Assembly: GCF_001194135.2 (NCBI RefSeq)
Contig: NC_068983.1
Location: 154,506,144 to 154,541,780 of the forward strand
Length of the DNA: 35,637 nt
Reading direction: 5' to 3'
Source: Octopus bimaculoides
Lineage: Eukaryota
Translations under genes and position numbers: made by a program
Notes under the pieces: generated by a model
Told to the model about the DNA's origin: nothing
Seen by the model: the letters and a program-made list of their open reading frames with translations, nothing else
The model's database searches: none
In this document: piece by piece, positions 22,774-35,453 of the stretch
Position numbering within the stretch: position 1 is the first letter of the stretch
Layout of the letters: each line of letters opens with the position of its first letter

Positions 22774-23143
22774 AAGGTGCAGGAGTGGTTGTATGGTAAG
22801 AAGTTTGCTTCCGAACCATATGGTTCCAGGTACAGTCCTATTGCGTTGTACTTTGAACAAGTGTCTTCTACTGTACCCTCGAACTGACAAAAGGCTTGTG
22901 AGAAGACGTGGAAGGCGGAAATTGAAAGAAGCCCGGCACCTTTGTGTCTGTGTGTGTACCCACACCATCTCTTGACAACTGATGTTGGCATGCTTATATT
23001 CCTGTAATCTAGTGGTTCGACAAAAGATACCGATATAGTAAGTACCATGATTTTAAAAAGTATTAGGGTTGATTCATTTGTCTAAAATTCTTCAAAGCGA
23101 CGCTCCAGCATGGCCGTAGTCTAATGACTGAAACAAGTAAAAG
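22774..23143 (+). mobile_element. SINE family A, full length
   Basis: tRNA-like head (TGGTTGTATGG ... GGTACAGTCC), CORE-like CTTTGAACAAGTGTCTTCTAC, 3' tail GCTCCAGCATGGCCGTAGTCTAATGACTGAAACAAGTAAAAG. Confidence 0.92.
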
Positions 23144-24314
23144 TTACAACTCGTACTTTCATGTTCCGAATCAACGAGTAAGAGTTACCTGTTGACCGAA
23201 GATCTAAAGTAGAAATCATAAAATATTAGCTTTCCACCACAATATGCGTATGTGCATGTGTTTGTATGTGCGTGCGTGCGTGAGTGTCTGTATGTGTTGG
23301 CGGTGTCTGTACTAATAGAAGTGCGAGCGAAAGAGAAGAGCGTTCAAAAGTGTAGTGAGGTTAAATATTTGTATTAAGAGTTCAAGACTCAAATCTGCGT
23401 TACTGAAAGTTTCATTCGCGTGAAAAAGCTATGGAATCCTTCAGATGTTGCTGATCTAAGTGGCGATAATGTATACAAACTATCTTTAGAATCGAAGTTT
23501 GGGAAATTTGAAATTGTTTCGGTGAAATTTCGAAGTACATTTCTAGAATTAACGAGGTGACGGGAGATTTTATAGAAAGAAATTTATTTTTGGAAGCAAA
23601 AATACAGCAAGAAAAATTCAATCCATCGCCTCAGAATATGGGTTTCTTAGTTCAGTCACTGGCCACAGTATCTCAAAGTGTGTGGTCTCTTTCAGTTTCC
23701 AATTTTTCTGTAAGATGAAGGTATTGTTTTCTATCTCCAGATATCTAACACAATGTTGTGTGAACCTACTGTTAAAAATACGTTCTATCAATCTTAAATA
23801 AATCCAGTTACCCTGCTCTGACAATTTCACTTGAGTACAATACAGGTTACTGTGGCATTTGCCATCAAATGGGCATAGGTAAATATTGACATAATTTAAA
23901 TCATTAAATTACTGTTCTTTTAATTTCTTCTGTTTATGCAAGAAACCAAATTCTCGATACTGTTACTACAGGTATAGCTAACTTTTACTGAGTTATTGAT
24001 AAAGATCTTAAGGTACCTGTGGCCTAATGTAAAATAATTCTGAACAAGTTTTTACAAGATTATTAGATATTTGCATACTTGCACATGTTTATGTGCGTGA
24101 GAATGTAGCTTTCACCGATATCCATCAGTAAAAAGTACATCTTTCAGAAAACTAATAAGCTGGTACGTTATAACAAATATATCTGGTGAGGAACATTCTA
24201 CCTGCATTACACAGACACTACCTCATTAGCCTCATTAGTGGAAATGGTGGTTGCCTGTGGGAACCTTATAACCAGCGGCGTTATTGTTCACTAAATTTCA
24301 AATTAAATGTTTTA

Positions 24315-24436
24315 CTACCGACACGAGAAGGATGAAAAGAGTTATCTGCAGTTGAAATTGAACATTGTGTACAGATGTAACTAGAGAGCAAAATGAATTC
24401 TGTCCACTCCTCTACCGATTCCGCCGGTCCACCGCC
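24315..24436 (-). mobile_element. SINE family B, degenerate 5' part
   Basis: Reverse complement GGCGGTGGACCGGCGGAATCGGTAG...TTTTCATCCTTCTCGTGTCGGTA aligns with 14791-14920. Confidence 0.6.
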
Positions 24437-25036
24437 ATTATTTACTAAGTTACAGATATAATACGCAATAAAGAAAACAGTAAATGGAAAAAGAAATGCA
24501 AAGCTGATTTTTCAACACATTATATATTGTATTTTAATAATGTCTTTGTTACATTTGTGTGAAATGTTTAGTCAAACAACAACGATTACTAAAACATTGC
24601 AAACGTATAAAATATTTTATAAAAATTATATTCACAGGGGTAGAAAGTTTTGAAAAAGCTAAAAAAAATTCACTTATACAAAAACCGTAATAGAATTTTT
24701 TTCACAGGAAATTGAATTCTTATTTTGGGAAAGAATTCAACAAAATTGTTTCAAGATTCGAAATAGAATTAAACGAATAAAAAGTAATTTTTCATATCTT
24801 TACTTCTTATTTTCTTGCAAGCAATTCTTTGTGGAGTTGAAAAGCGACATATTGAGGTCATATTACTTTAAATTAAGGTGCTCTTGTAAATATGTATAAT
24901 TCATATGCATATATACACACATGTTCATTCATAAGTAACCTCACTTCTACATCGACATATATATTGCGTGAGGTGTATGCATACATGTACACATATATAT
25001 GTGTGTGTGTGTGTGTATGTTTGAGTGCATGTGCGC

Positions 25037-25098
<62 letters not shown>

Positions 25099-25121
25099 GT
25101 ATGCATGTATGTATATATATG

Positions 25122-25159
<38 letters not shown>

Positions 25160-25960
25160 TATGTAATATGTATGCGATGCCCTTAGATATAAGATAAATA
25201 TTGTGATGTAATTTAATTGAAATATCTTTCTTCTATTGTAGGTCGAAACAATGTCAGTTTTTGTCACAAATACTAGCATATTTCAAAAAATACATACATC
25301 AGTTTCATATTCGTAATAAAAATTCAATATCACAACAAAATATGTCATTGTCCTTATATATAATTGGTATTTATATGCGTCTAAGCAAAATACGTATATC
25401 ACTTGCTTCGTATTTTAGATATAAGACATATGTAAATTGAACAAATGCACATATATCTGCACATGTAAACGATATATACTCATGAAAATCTAACAAATAG
25501 AAGGTAGAAACTCCAATATATCGAAGTATACTTGTAATGTTTGTAACAAATATATTCTGGCGATGGAACCTGACAACGGCTAACGATCCAGAAAGAACAA
25601 ACCACGGATTGTATATACAATAATATTGTAGTTTTCGCGTTTTGTTTGAAAAGTAATTGTTGCTTGTCCAATAACAAAATGCAAATTACAACATGTCCTT
25701 TTTTAGTTCGGCAGTATTTAATTTTCATGTAGGTGTAAGCTATAACCGTACAGCAAAATGGTTAGATTAAACGAAGCCTAGGCAAAACTATCGAGTCAGA
25801 AAATTGTTGTTCCAATAACTATGTTGTGTAGCCATGTTATTCGTAGTGCCTCTGTCTCATGTATTAAAGATGATATATTTTTTAAAACATATGGATGCCA
25901 GCATCTCAAATATTTAATCATATAAATATGTATACCAATGCAACACTTGTCATTCTACAG

Positions 25961-26048
25961 GTTGCTGATGAAAATGGCTACCGGTAATTTTCAAATGGAA
26001 AGCGAGCGAGAGCTGGAAAATAGAAATATAAAGGAAGAGATAACTCAG
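25961..26048 (+). CDS. Candidate 88-nt exon (LLMKMATGNFQMESERELENRNIKEEITQ), product unknown
   Basis: Acceptor TTGTCATTCTACAG|G, donor CAG|GTTAAG, purine-rich, one open frame. Confidence 0.25.
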
Positions 26049-26934
26049 GTTAAGTAGTATAATCATAGTGCAATTTAACGGGAATCGTGTAGTAAAATCA
26101 AAAGAAAGGGGGAGAAAGTATATAAGTAGACACACAACTATGCACCCATTCACTGGCTCAAGTACATACTCAGACATGTTCATTTTATTTTGATACAAAT
26201 TATCGCAGATTAAAAATTATTGTAACTGGTTTCTGAATGTTAAAACTTCTGTCAAGTGAACAAAACTAGTTTAATCAAATTATGCTACGCTTATAAGGTG
26301 AAATAAAATCAGTCGCGTGTTTCCAGCAAATAGAGGCTGAAGCGACCCCTTGAACATGTGGAACGCGTCTCAGCCAATGGAGTTTTATAGAAATTTGCTA
26401 CAATCACCACACCACTATCTCCATTATCATCGTTGTCGTCATTATTATTGCTACCATCCGCACAATTATAACCAGGAACATTATTCACAGCATTAACCAA
26501 TCCTCAGAAACACCTACGTAACAAGTCTGATATTGAGTTTAATAATTACAGTATACTGTTACGGTTAGCCACCGCCGATTCTCAATGGCTACTTGCTACT
26601 AAGAACTATTTCGAACAGAAATCTTAAAACTTTATGACGTTTCCACTCTCAATAAAGCAAAATGTCTTACCTTCTCTCTGAATATACAGCTCTGTTTATA
26701 GCAATCTATGCTGTCAAGCTATGTGTGTGTATGACTGTAAGTATGTATGTCTGCAGAAAACAACTTGTCTTTCACACAATTCATGTCGAAGAAATGACTG
26801 TATCCTAATTTAATCTTTTTTATTAATGCTTTCAGTATTTTTAATTAGTCTTTTATGTTTCGTATGGAGCAATAACATTTCTAAGGTCAGTAACTTAGAA
26901 AAGCTTCCTCGACTTACTTTTCTGAATGAAAAAA

Positions 26935-27615
26935 CTAAGATAGCAAAACTGTGCAGGCGAGTAGCTGGATGGATTCTGAGATCATTCAGAAACAGAAAAA
27001 AGGATACCATGCTACTCCTGTGAAGAACTTTCGTTCCCAGTCGTCTGAATTACTGTCCCCAACTGTGGTCACAGCAGAGCATCAAACTGGTAGCAGAGCT
27101 TGGGGCAATCCAGTGCTACTACTCAAAAAAGATTGATTCGGTGAAACAGAAGAGCTCCTGGGAGAGGCTAAAGGAATTGAAGCTCTTCTCCATAGATGGA
27201 AGGCATGAAAGATATGCAGTGATATACATATGGAACATCCTGGAAGGCCTAGCGCCTGACTTTAGAAGCTATACTTACCCCCGAACTGGATGGTACTATA
27301 TAATATCAAAAATTTAGTCTTCTGCATTTACAGTAAGGAACCAGTATTGTAACAGCTTCGGTTTCAATGGTTCACAACTATACAACATTCTGCCAAACAC
27401 CCTCAGAGATTTGCAAGGTTCAGATATGGAGCTCATCAAAGAGCGTCTGCACAAATTTTTATTTGTTAAACCAGATAACCCCACAGCACAGCAGGAGGCA
27501 CAAAAAGAGCAACTTCACTCAACTCCCTATTTCAGCAGAAGCAGTACAGAAAAGAAACACAAACGCACTCAGAAGCGTGGCCTCAGACTGTGAATGAAAC
27601 TAGTAAAAGATAAAA
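26935..27615 (+). mobile_element. CR1/L2-group LINE 3' fragment (RT C-terminal region plus 3' UTR)
   Basis: Reads CRRVAGWILRSFRNRKKDTMLLL*RTFVPSRLNYCPQLWS...SWERLKELKLFS...RHERYAVIYIWNILEGL...LYNILPNTLRDL...KERLHKFL..KPDNP, the typical post-RT region of CR1/L2-like LINEs. Confidence 0.85.
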
Positions 27616-28224
27616 AAATACAGATATATGTGCGTGCATGTGTGTGTGCGCGCGTGCATGCCTGTGTATGACTGTGTGTGTGTGTGTGCGTGTATTTATA
27701 CATACACGCATACACACACACCAGCATTATGAGGGAGTCTTCTCCTAGGGGCTATCCCGCAGGGAGACGCCAAACAGACAAAACACATACATTAAATATG
27801 TGTGGTCGATAATGTTTAAACACTAGCGCTGCTTTTAATTCGTTATTGAATTTAATCCTACATGCGCATCGTCGTGGCACATCAGCAAATAGTTTTTACA
27901 CTATTAATATATTGTCATAGATTGACGATTCGATTCATCCCCGGATCGATTCAGGGACATCATGATGATAAGCAGCAAAAATGACGAAATATTGGTATCG
28001 GTCGTTCCTGAATAGGGTTGGAGGTGAGTTCTCTTTCCTGCCTATGACTTTCAGGTGCTTCAACACTCAGATTATGAGGGTGTCATCCCCCAAGCTCTGC
28101 TCCGCAGCGAACCGGTGAACGAACAAAACATATACATTGGGTATATGCAATGCAGTCGATAGTATATGTATATATAATTTTACATCTCTTATTCTTTGAT
28201 AATGCTACCTGCATATGTATATAC

Positions 28225-28297
<73 letters not shown>

Positions 28298-31074
28298 TGT
28301 GTGTGTGTGTGTGTGTGTGTGTGTCGCGCTATTTCTTTTTGACTGTATCTGATTATGCCGCCATCCAACCATTCCATTTATTTATATATCCATTTAATTA
28401 TCTGTCAAACTGTTTAATTATCCGTTCATCTATTCATTCATATATCTATCTATCCATTTATCCGTCAATAAATTCCTCACATCTTATATCTACTTATTTA
28501 CACTATTATCTATGTATCGAAAAATCTATTTATCTACATGTTCAGTTATCTCTCTACCTAGCAATCTATGGCTATTTGCTAAGTTTTCTAGCTGCTTGTA
28601 CCTATATGAAGAGATGTGCATGTATCCGTGTATGTATATATGTAGGCGTTGTGCGCATATTTCTGCGGTCACGAGCAACCGTGTGTCTATGTATGTAGTT
28701 TTGTATGTATTAATATATACTTATGAATGTACATGTGATTGTATACGTGTGTGTGTGTGGGTGTATGCTTGTGTATACTTGTATTTATAGACACACATAT
28801 ATATTTACGTATGTATGTACGCATATGTGTATGTATGTATGTATTTATCTACGTATATATACATGTGTATGCATTCGTTACGTGTGTATGTATATGTGCA
28901 TATTAGAATATCTCCATATACATATATAGATATACATAGATATGTTTATGTATACATATGTGCACGCATTTGTATACTTTTGAGCTGTAAGTATATATCT
29001 AAATATGTATACGTACATACCAACAAGCAAACATACATACATACACACACACACACACAAACACACACANNNNNNNNNNNNNNNNNNNNNNNNNNNNNNN
29101 NNNNNNNNNNNNNNNNNNNNNNNNNNNNNNNNNNNNNNNNNNNNNNNNNNNNNNNNNNNNNNNNNNNNNNNNNNNNNNNNNNNNNNNNNNNNNNNNNNNN
29201 NNNNNNNNNNNNNNNNNNNNNNNNNNNNNNNNNNNNNNNNNNNNNNNNNNNNNNNNNNNNNNNNNNNNNNNNNNATATATATATATATATATATATACAC
29301 AGAGGCATATATACCAATATACCATCTCTGCCATATTCGCTACATTAAATCTGCACTGATGCAACCAACATCTTCATCACCACAACTACCACCACTAATA
29401 CCTACCTTCCCAGATATTACACCACGAGTACCACATCCACCATTGCATACTTACTATGACCATCATAACACTTCGCCAATTACTCTAAAGATATTTCTGG
29501 ATCACTAATTCATCAATTTACCGCAATATTCGTCAACTAACGAGTACGCGTGATTCAATTTTAGCCGGCTTCCTTTCTGTTAAGAGATTCATTATACGCT
29601 ATTTTATTCTCCAGCAATTTCCTTTCTGTCGTCTTATGCAATTTCTCTATGTATGTATGTATGTATGTATGTATGTATGTATGTATGTATGTATGTATGT
29701 ATGTATGCGTACATACATGCATACATACATACATACATACATACATAATATATATATATATATATANNNNNNNNNNNNNNNNNNNNNNNNNNNNNNNNNN
29801 NNNNNNNNNNNNNNNNNNNNNNNNNNNNNNNNNNNNNNNNNNNNNNNNNNNNNNNNNNNNNNNNNNNNNNNNNNNNNNNNNNNNNNNNNNNNNNNNNNNN
29901 NNNNNNNNNNNNNNNNNNNNNNNNNNNNNNNNNNNNNNNNNNNNNNNNNNNNNNNNNNNNNNNNNNNNNNNNNNNNNNNNNNNNNNNNNNNNNNNNNNNN
30001 NNNNNNNNNNNNNNNNNNNNNNNNNNNNNNNNNNNNNNNNNNNNNNNNNNNNNNNNNNNNNNNNNNNNNNNNNNNNNNNNNNNNNNNNNNNNNNATATAT
30101 ATATATATATATATATACACGCACACAGCCATACAAATATGTGTTAATGCGAAGCGAGTGTGTTGGTATTTCATTGCTTGGAAAAAAAGACAATTTCTTG
30201 ATAGCCATTCTCTCTCTTCTTTTCGTTTTTACCCTTTTCCTTTGGGATTGCTAGTAAAAAAATGGATGGCATTATTATATGTGTGTGGATGATTTTAGTT
30301 GTTTGTATGTATGTGTATATGCGCCTACAGGTACATCTGTGCATGTGTTTGTCTATAGACGCATTCAATATGTATACATTTCTAAACAAATATAGACCAA
30401 GAAAGTATACATATATAATTTCATATTTATTTCTATGCTGTATGTCTGCATTGGTGAAGGATTATGTATGTATGTATGTTTATATGTGTGTATATATATA
30501 TATAGATAGATAGATATAGATGCTTGCATACTTATATGCACATACAACCATATATTACATATATAAACACACATACACACACTCATACACACACACATAC
30601 ACATATTTATATATATATATATGTACATAATTGTCTCTGTGTTGTGTATGTATCCTGAAGGCACACCTTTCTGCAGTGAATAGTTTGTTTCTTTTGTTGC
30701 TAGTAAATAAAAGTTATCTGAAGGACATTACGGCTACAAGATGTATTATGGTTCTGTAATGAATGCTTTATTGACAGTGGCAAGTCTTGGATCTTATGGT
30801 AAATTGGGAAGGAGACTATAATTCGGAAAGAAGATTGAAACAATAAATCTAGTAAAGAATAGAAGATTAAATCTAGATGAAGATGCAACAAAATCCTGTT
30901 CGTTTTTTTTTTATTATTTATTGCATTATCTTCAATAAGTCGTCCAAAATATAAACCTATGAATACTTAATGCATATGTGGATTGGATTGTAGTGGTTTT
31001 GGGTAAATTCTATTACTCTTTGCATCTTTGGAAATGCTGAAAGATTTCGAATTCTTGTAATATTCTTTCTATTA

Positions 31075-31277
31075 AAGACACAATGCCTGAAATTTCGGGA
31101 TTAGTGGTAAATCGATTACATCATCTTCAGTATTTTACTAGTGTCTATTTTATCAACCCCGATCATATGAACTCAAAGTCTACTTCAACGGAATTTGAAT
31201 TCAGAAAGTAAAACCGAAAGAAATGCTGCGAAGCATTTTTTGTCCAGCGTGCTAACGAATTTGGCGGCTCACCCCGC
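31075..31277 (-). mobile_element. SINE family B
   Basis: Reverse complement ...TTCGTTAGCACGCTGGACAAAAAATGC...CTGAATTCAAATTCCGTTGAAGTAGACTTTG...GGGGTTGATAAAAT matches 15150-15365. Confidence 0.85.
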
Positions 31278-31743
31278 TTGCAATTCCTGTAATATATTAG
31301 CAGACAGTGGAGCTAGATAGAGCTGGATTCTTTCAAAACTATATACATCTACATGGTTTTGATCATTGACCTGCTCTGTTGTGGCTGATGAACGGATAAT
31401 CAACTATGATATCTTCTCTGCGTTTGGGTTGGCTGGTTTCATGCCTCTATCACCGAGATTTCTTCGAACCACCCGTATCCTTATCTCTCCTCACCACCTT
31501 TGGTGCTTCCAGCTAACTAACTCTCAACACAAAGAGTAGTCACTCTTTTCCCTTCCCAGAATATCATGTCACTGGAATCACGTCCAGGCTCATCACTTTC
31601 CTACAAACATTGACCTGCTGCGGTTTAAACGGAACAATAGCGACATCAATCTCACTAATTTTGAAAGTCCTGCAAGACATGTGGTCTCTTCCCTCTCGTT
31701 TAGATTCAGCAAATGGAGAAAAAACTAATCGCAGATAAGCCTC

Positions 31744-31920
31744 AAATAGCAGCCAAATCGCCCTCCAATGACAAATTATCGTTCTTTTTCCTTTTTTAAG
31801 CAAGACTTTTATAAGCTAATGCATTCTGGTGCACTTTTCTGTGGAATGGTTAGGGCTGGATTGCCTTTGCTCATAGGTTTCTTCGATAAAGGTTAACTTA
31901 GAATTAAAATAGACAACAGC
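31744..31920 (+). repeat. Unclassified repeat family D
   Basis: AAATAGCAGCCAAATCGCCCTC ... tail matches 6295-6395 and 20797-20970. Confidence 0.6.
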
Positions 31921-32034
31921 ATCACTGATATAATTCCCAACAATAATGTGGTTATAGTCAGGAATACCGATTATTTTACGATTAAAACTCTTCGTTGTAA
32001 GTCGTCTACCTGACAATACTACAACTCACTTCCC

Positions 32035-32035
<1 letters not shown>

Positions 32036-32089
<54 letters not shown>

Positions 32090-32096
32090 GCTGTTG

Positions 32097-32127
<31 letters not shown>

Positions 32128-32240
32128 TACTGTCATCGTCGTCGTCGTCGTCGGCGCCGCTGCCGCTGCCGCCGCCGCCGCTGCGGCTACTGTCTCTCCT
32201 CTTGTTTTTGTTGCTACTCTTGTTCTCGTTGTTGTGATTT
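32036..32240 (+). repeat. Compound trinucleotide repeat (GTT)n-(GCT)n-(GTC)n-(GCC)n
   Basis: Visible directly. Accounts for the poly-L/poly-T ORFs. Confidence 0.95.
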
Positions 32241-32431
32241 GGTTCCAGAAAATCCCTACTGAAAGAGATTCATGTTCTAATCGCGAACACCACATCAGTC
32301 ACTCAGACAATTTAATATTTCACTATAATTTTCAATGAGTTCTCATTTGATTGCTATTTCTAAGAGGGTGAGTAACTATGCAGAACCTCCGTCGTTGCCT
32401 CATTTCTGTTTGAAATTAAGTGAAGTAAGCA

Positions 32432-32630
32432 AAGTAAAAAAGTAAAGTTTCCTTCTCGAATCATGCTGATTCATAAGGCCCGGTTTCCCGGTTTCCATGG
32501 CGTATATTTTTACCGCCTAAACGGAATACCGGTCCGTCGCAGGATTACTCATTTCTGCCAGCTGAGTGGATTGCAATGTGAAATGAAGTGTTTTACTCAA
32601 GAACACAACGCGTCGCCTGGTCCAGGAATC
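32432..32630 (-). mobile_element. SINE family C-related, head truncated
   Basis: Reverse complement GATTCCTGGACCAGGCGACGCGTTGTGTTCTTGAGTAAAACAC parallels 33510-33555 (GATTCTCAGACCGAGCGTTGTGAGTGTTTATTGAGCGAAAACAC). Confidence 0.7.
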
Positions 32631-32638
32631 TATCAGTA

Positions 32639-32699
<61 letters not shown>

Positions 32700-33450
32700 C
32701 AAATGATATATGAGCATATGCATGTATACGTACATATATGTACATACCTACATCTACATGTATATATAGATGCATATCCGGGTACAGAACGTCAATAAAG
32801 AGACGGGAACAAAGCACAAAAACGGACTTTTTTTACGGACAACAGAATGAACGCATAGGAAAACAGACGAGCTACTTATGAAACTTTTCCTTCATCAGCT
32901 GCCTCTATTCTACACACACACTGAACTCTGAACCCAAAACACATAATTCTTCACGCATATTCTGCATTAAATTTTAACCCCATCCCATATTATACGTTAC
33001 AATTCTGCTTTAAACGTATTTGTTCTAAAACATAAGACATGAAGCAGAATTTATATTATAATCTAGACTTCTTCGCTTCGCACATACACTCACATTGTGC
33101 TACATGTACGTGTACGTATCTATATGTACGTTTCTATCTATCCAGGTGGTTGAGTATATATATAACGTGAACTCTACGTTTGGATTTTTCTCCCAAAAAT
33201 TACTGTTGTAAGATTCTAATTTGTAAGAGTCAAACGTTTGTATGCAATTTTGTAGATTGCTAAAATACTAAATATGAAAAATTCTAAAATTTGAGTTTTG
33301 TTTATATATTTCGATAACGAATTTCGTAAATTAGATCTGTGAATCTACGTAAGTACATGACAAAGTGTGGATAGTTTTGTTTTGTTTTAATGTGGCCAAA
33401 GATAACAGAAACAAAGGTTTGTTATTCTCTCTTTATTCCGCCTTTCTCTG

Positions 33451-33675
33451 TGGAGGTGCAATGACCCAGTGGTTAGGGCAGTGGACTCGCGGTCAGAGGA
33501 TCGCGGTTTCGATTCTCAGACCGAGCGTTGTGAGTGTTTATTGAGCGAAAACACCCAAAGCTCCACGAGGCTCCGGCAGGGGATGGTGGTGCACCCTGCT
33601 GTACTCTTCCACCACAACTTTCTCTCACTATCTCTTCCTGTTTCTGTTGTACCTGTATTTGAAAGGGGTCAGCCT
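33451..33675 (+). mobile_element. SINE family C with clear tRNA-like head
   Basis: A-box TGACCCAGTGG, B-box GGTTTCGATTCTC, cloverleaf-like spacing. The body runs into an assembly gap. Confidence 0.8.
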
Positions 33676-34474
33676 NNNNNNNNNNNNNNNNNNNNNNNNN
33701 NNNNNNNNNNNNNNNNNNNNNNNNNNNNNNNNNNNNNNNNNNNNNNNNNNNNNNNNNNNNNNNNNNNNNNNNNNNNNNNNNNNNNNNNNNNNNNNNNNNN
33801 NNNNNNNNNNNNNNNNNNNNNNNNNNNNNNNNNNNNNNNNNNNNNNNNNNNNNNNNNNNNNNNNNNNNNNNNNNNNNNNNNNNNNNNNNNNNNNNNNNNN
33901 NNNNNNNNNNNNNNNNNNNNNNNNNNNNNNNNNNNNNNNNNNNNNNNNNNNNNNNNNNNNNNNNNNNNNNNNNNNNNNNNNNNNNNNNNNNNNNNNNNNN
34001 NNNNNNNNNNNNNNNNNNNNNNNNNNNNNNNNNNNNNNNNNNNNNNNNNNNNNNNNNNNNNNNNNNNNNNNNNNNNNNNNNNNNNNNNNNNNNNNNNNNN
34101 NNNNNNNNNNNNNNNNNNNNNNNNNNNNNNNNNNNNNNNNNNNNNNNNNNNNNNNNNNNNNNNNNNNNNNNNNNNNNNNNNNNNNNNNNNNNNNNNNNNN
34201 NNNNNNNNNNNNNNNNNNNNNNNNNNNNNNNNNNNNNNNNNNNNNNNNNNNNNNNNNNNNNNNNNNNNNNNNNNNNNNNNNNNNNNNNNNNNNNNNNNNN
34301 NNNNNNNNNNNNNNNNNNNNNNNNNNNNNNNNNNNNNNNNNNNNNNNNNNNNNNNNNNNNNNNNNNNNNNNNNNNNNNNNNNNNNNNNNNNNNNNNNNNN
34401 NNNNNNNNNNNNNNNNNNNNNNNNNNNNNNNNNNNNNNNNNNNNNNNNNNNNNNNNNNNNNNNNNNNNNNNNNN

Positions 34475-34537
<63 letters not shown>

Positions 34538-34830
34538 TCTCTATTTCTCTCTATCTGTTTTTCCTGACTACATTGTTACATTGCTCCCTCATATCTATAT
34601 TTTTCTTTATGCGTCCCTCCATTTACGTTTCTTTCTCTTCCTTCTTCTCTCACTGCTTTTCTAAACTACCTCTACCTCCCTCTCTCTCTCTACCTCCCCC
34701 CCTCTCTCTCTCTCTCCTCTTTCTTCCTCCTCTCCTCTCCTCTCTTTCTCTCCTTTATTTCTCTCCTTTCTCCCCCCCCTCTGTCTCTCTTTCTCTCTCG
34801 CTCTTCGTAATTGTCTCATCTCTTTCCTAC
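34475..34830 (+). repeat. (CT)n and degenerate polypyrimidine tract
   Basis: Visible directly. Confidence 0.95.
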
Positions 34831-34852
34831 CATCACTTTCCCCCTATGTCAG

Positions 34853-35105
34853 CATCATGGACTTCAGCAAAGCCGACTGTACCAGAAACAGCATTGCCTT
34901 TAAAAGCCATAGAAACTGACAGTTTGGGGATAGGAAAACAATACTCCTCCTTGCATGGAACTTAGTACAAAGCTTACAACCAAACAAGCTTATCGCAGAG
35001 ATCCACAAAAGCATTCATTTTCACTGAAATGTAAAGAGAAAAGAACGAATTCATTCGTTCGTATACCCTGATTAGACCGCACATTGAGTTCAGTCCGACT
35101 GCTTG
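34853..35105 (+). mobile_element. Heavily deleted CR1/L2-like RT fragment
   Basis: IMDFSKA[D] plus frameshifted TVPETALPLK..SLGIG resembles MDFSKAFDxVPH..LLxKL..GIxG. YTLIRPHIEFSPTAW resembles TLVRPHLEY...W. Confidence 0.6.
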
Positions 35106-35156
35106 GGCAAGTGTCTTTTACTATAGCGTCGCGCCGGAAACTGAAAGAAGCCCGTC

Positions 35157-35213
<57 letters not shown>

Positions 35214-35453
35214 AATATGTGTTTGTATGTATGCATGTATGTATGTATGTTTGTGTCTGTGTTTGTCCCCACCACCATCGTTTGACAACCGATGTTATGT
35301 TTACGTCCCCGTTACCTGGCAGTACGGCAAAAGACCGATAGAATAAATACTAGGCTTACAAAGAATAAGTCCTGGTGTCAATTTGTTCGACTGAAAGGCG
35401 GTACTCCAGCCTGGCCTCAGTCAAATAACTGAAACAAATAAAAGAATAAAAGA
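35102..35453 (+). mobile_element. SINE family A lacking head, with internal microsatellite
   Basis: CTTGGGCAAGTGTCTTTTACTATAGC...GGAAACTGAAAGAAGCCCGTCG-(TA)n-...CTCCAGCCTGGCCTCAGTCAAATAACTGAAACAAATAAAAGA. Confidence 0.92.

Noticed and set aside
24873-25197. Many ORFs rich in YIYI, CVCV, HTHT, RERE or LSIY
   Set aside because: These are translations of microsatellites, not genes.
25961-25983. VADENGYR, resembling the Rebers-Riddiford chitin-binding motif
   Set aside because: Only 8 residues, followed by a stop or weak donor, and no upstream consensus is visible.
27960-28005. ATGATGA...GACGAAA hammerhead-like spacing
   Set aside because: C3 is absent and helix II does not pair.
30704-30798. 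Plus-strand segment between a strong TAG acceptor and an ATG|GTAAAT donor
   Set aside because: All three frames contain stops from the natural acceptor. It is open only from a weaker AAG 10 nt downstream.
31560-31737. Plus-strand terminal exon candidate (EYHVTGITSRLITFLQTLTCCGLNG...), with a tetraspanin-like CCG
   Set aside because: It overlaps sequence resembling the family D tail (CATTGACCTGCT is shared with 31364-31375), has no downstream cysteines and no donor.
32880-32910. Minus-strand CAGCTGATGAAGG
   Set aside because: There is no downstream GAAA core.
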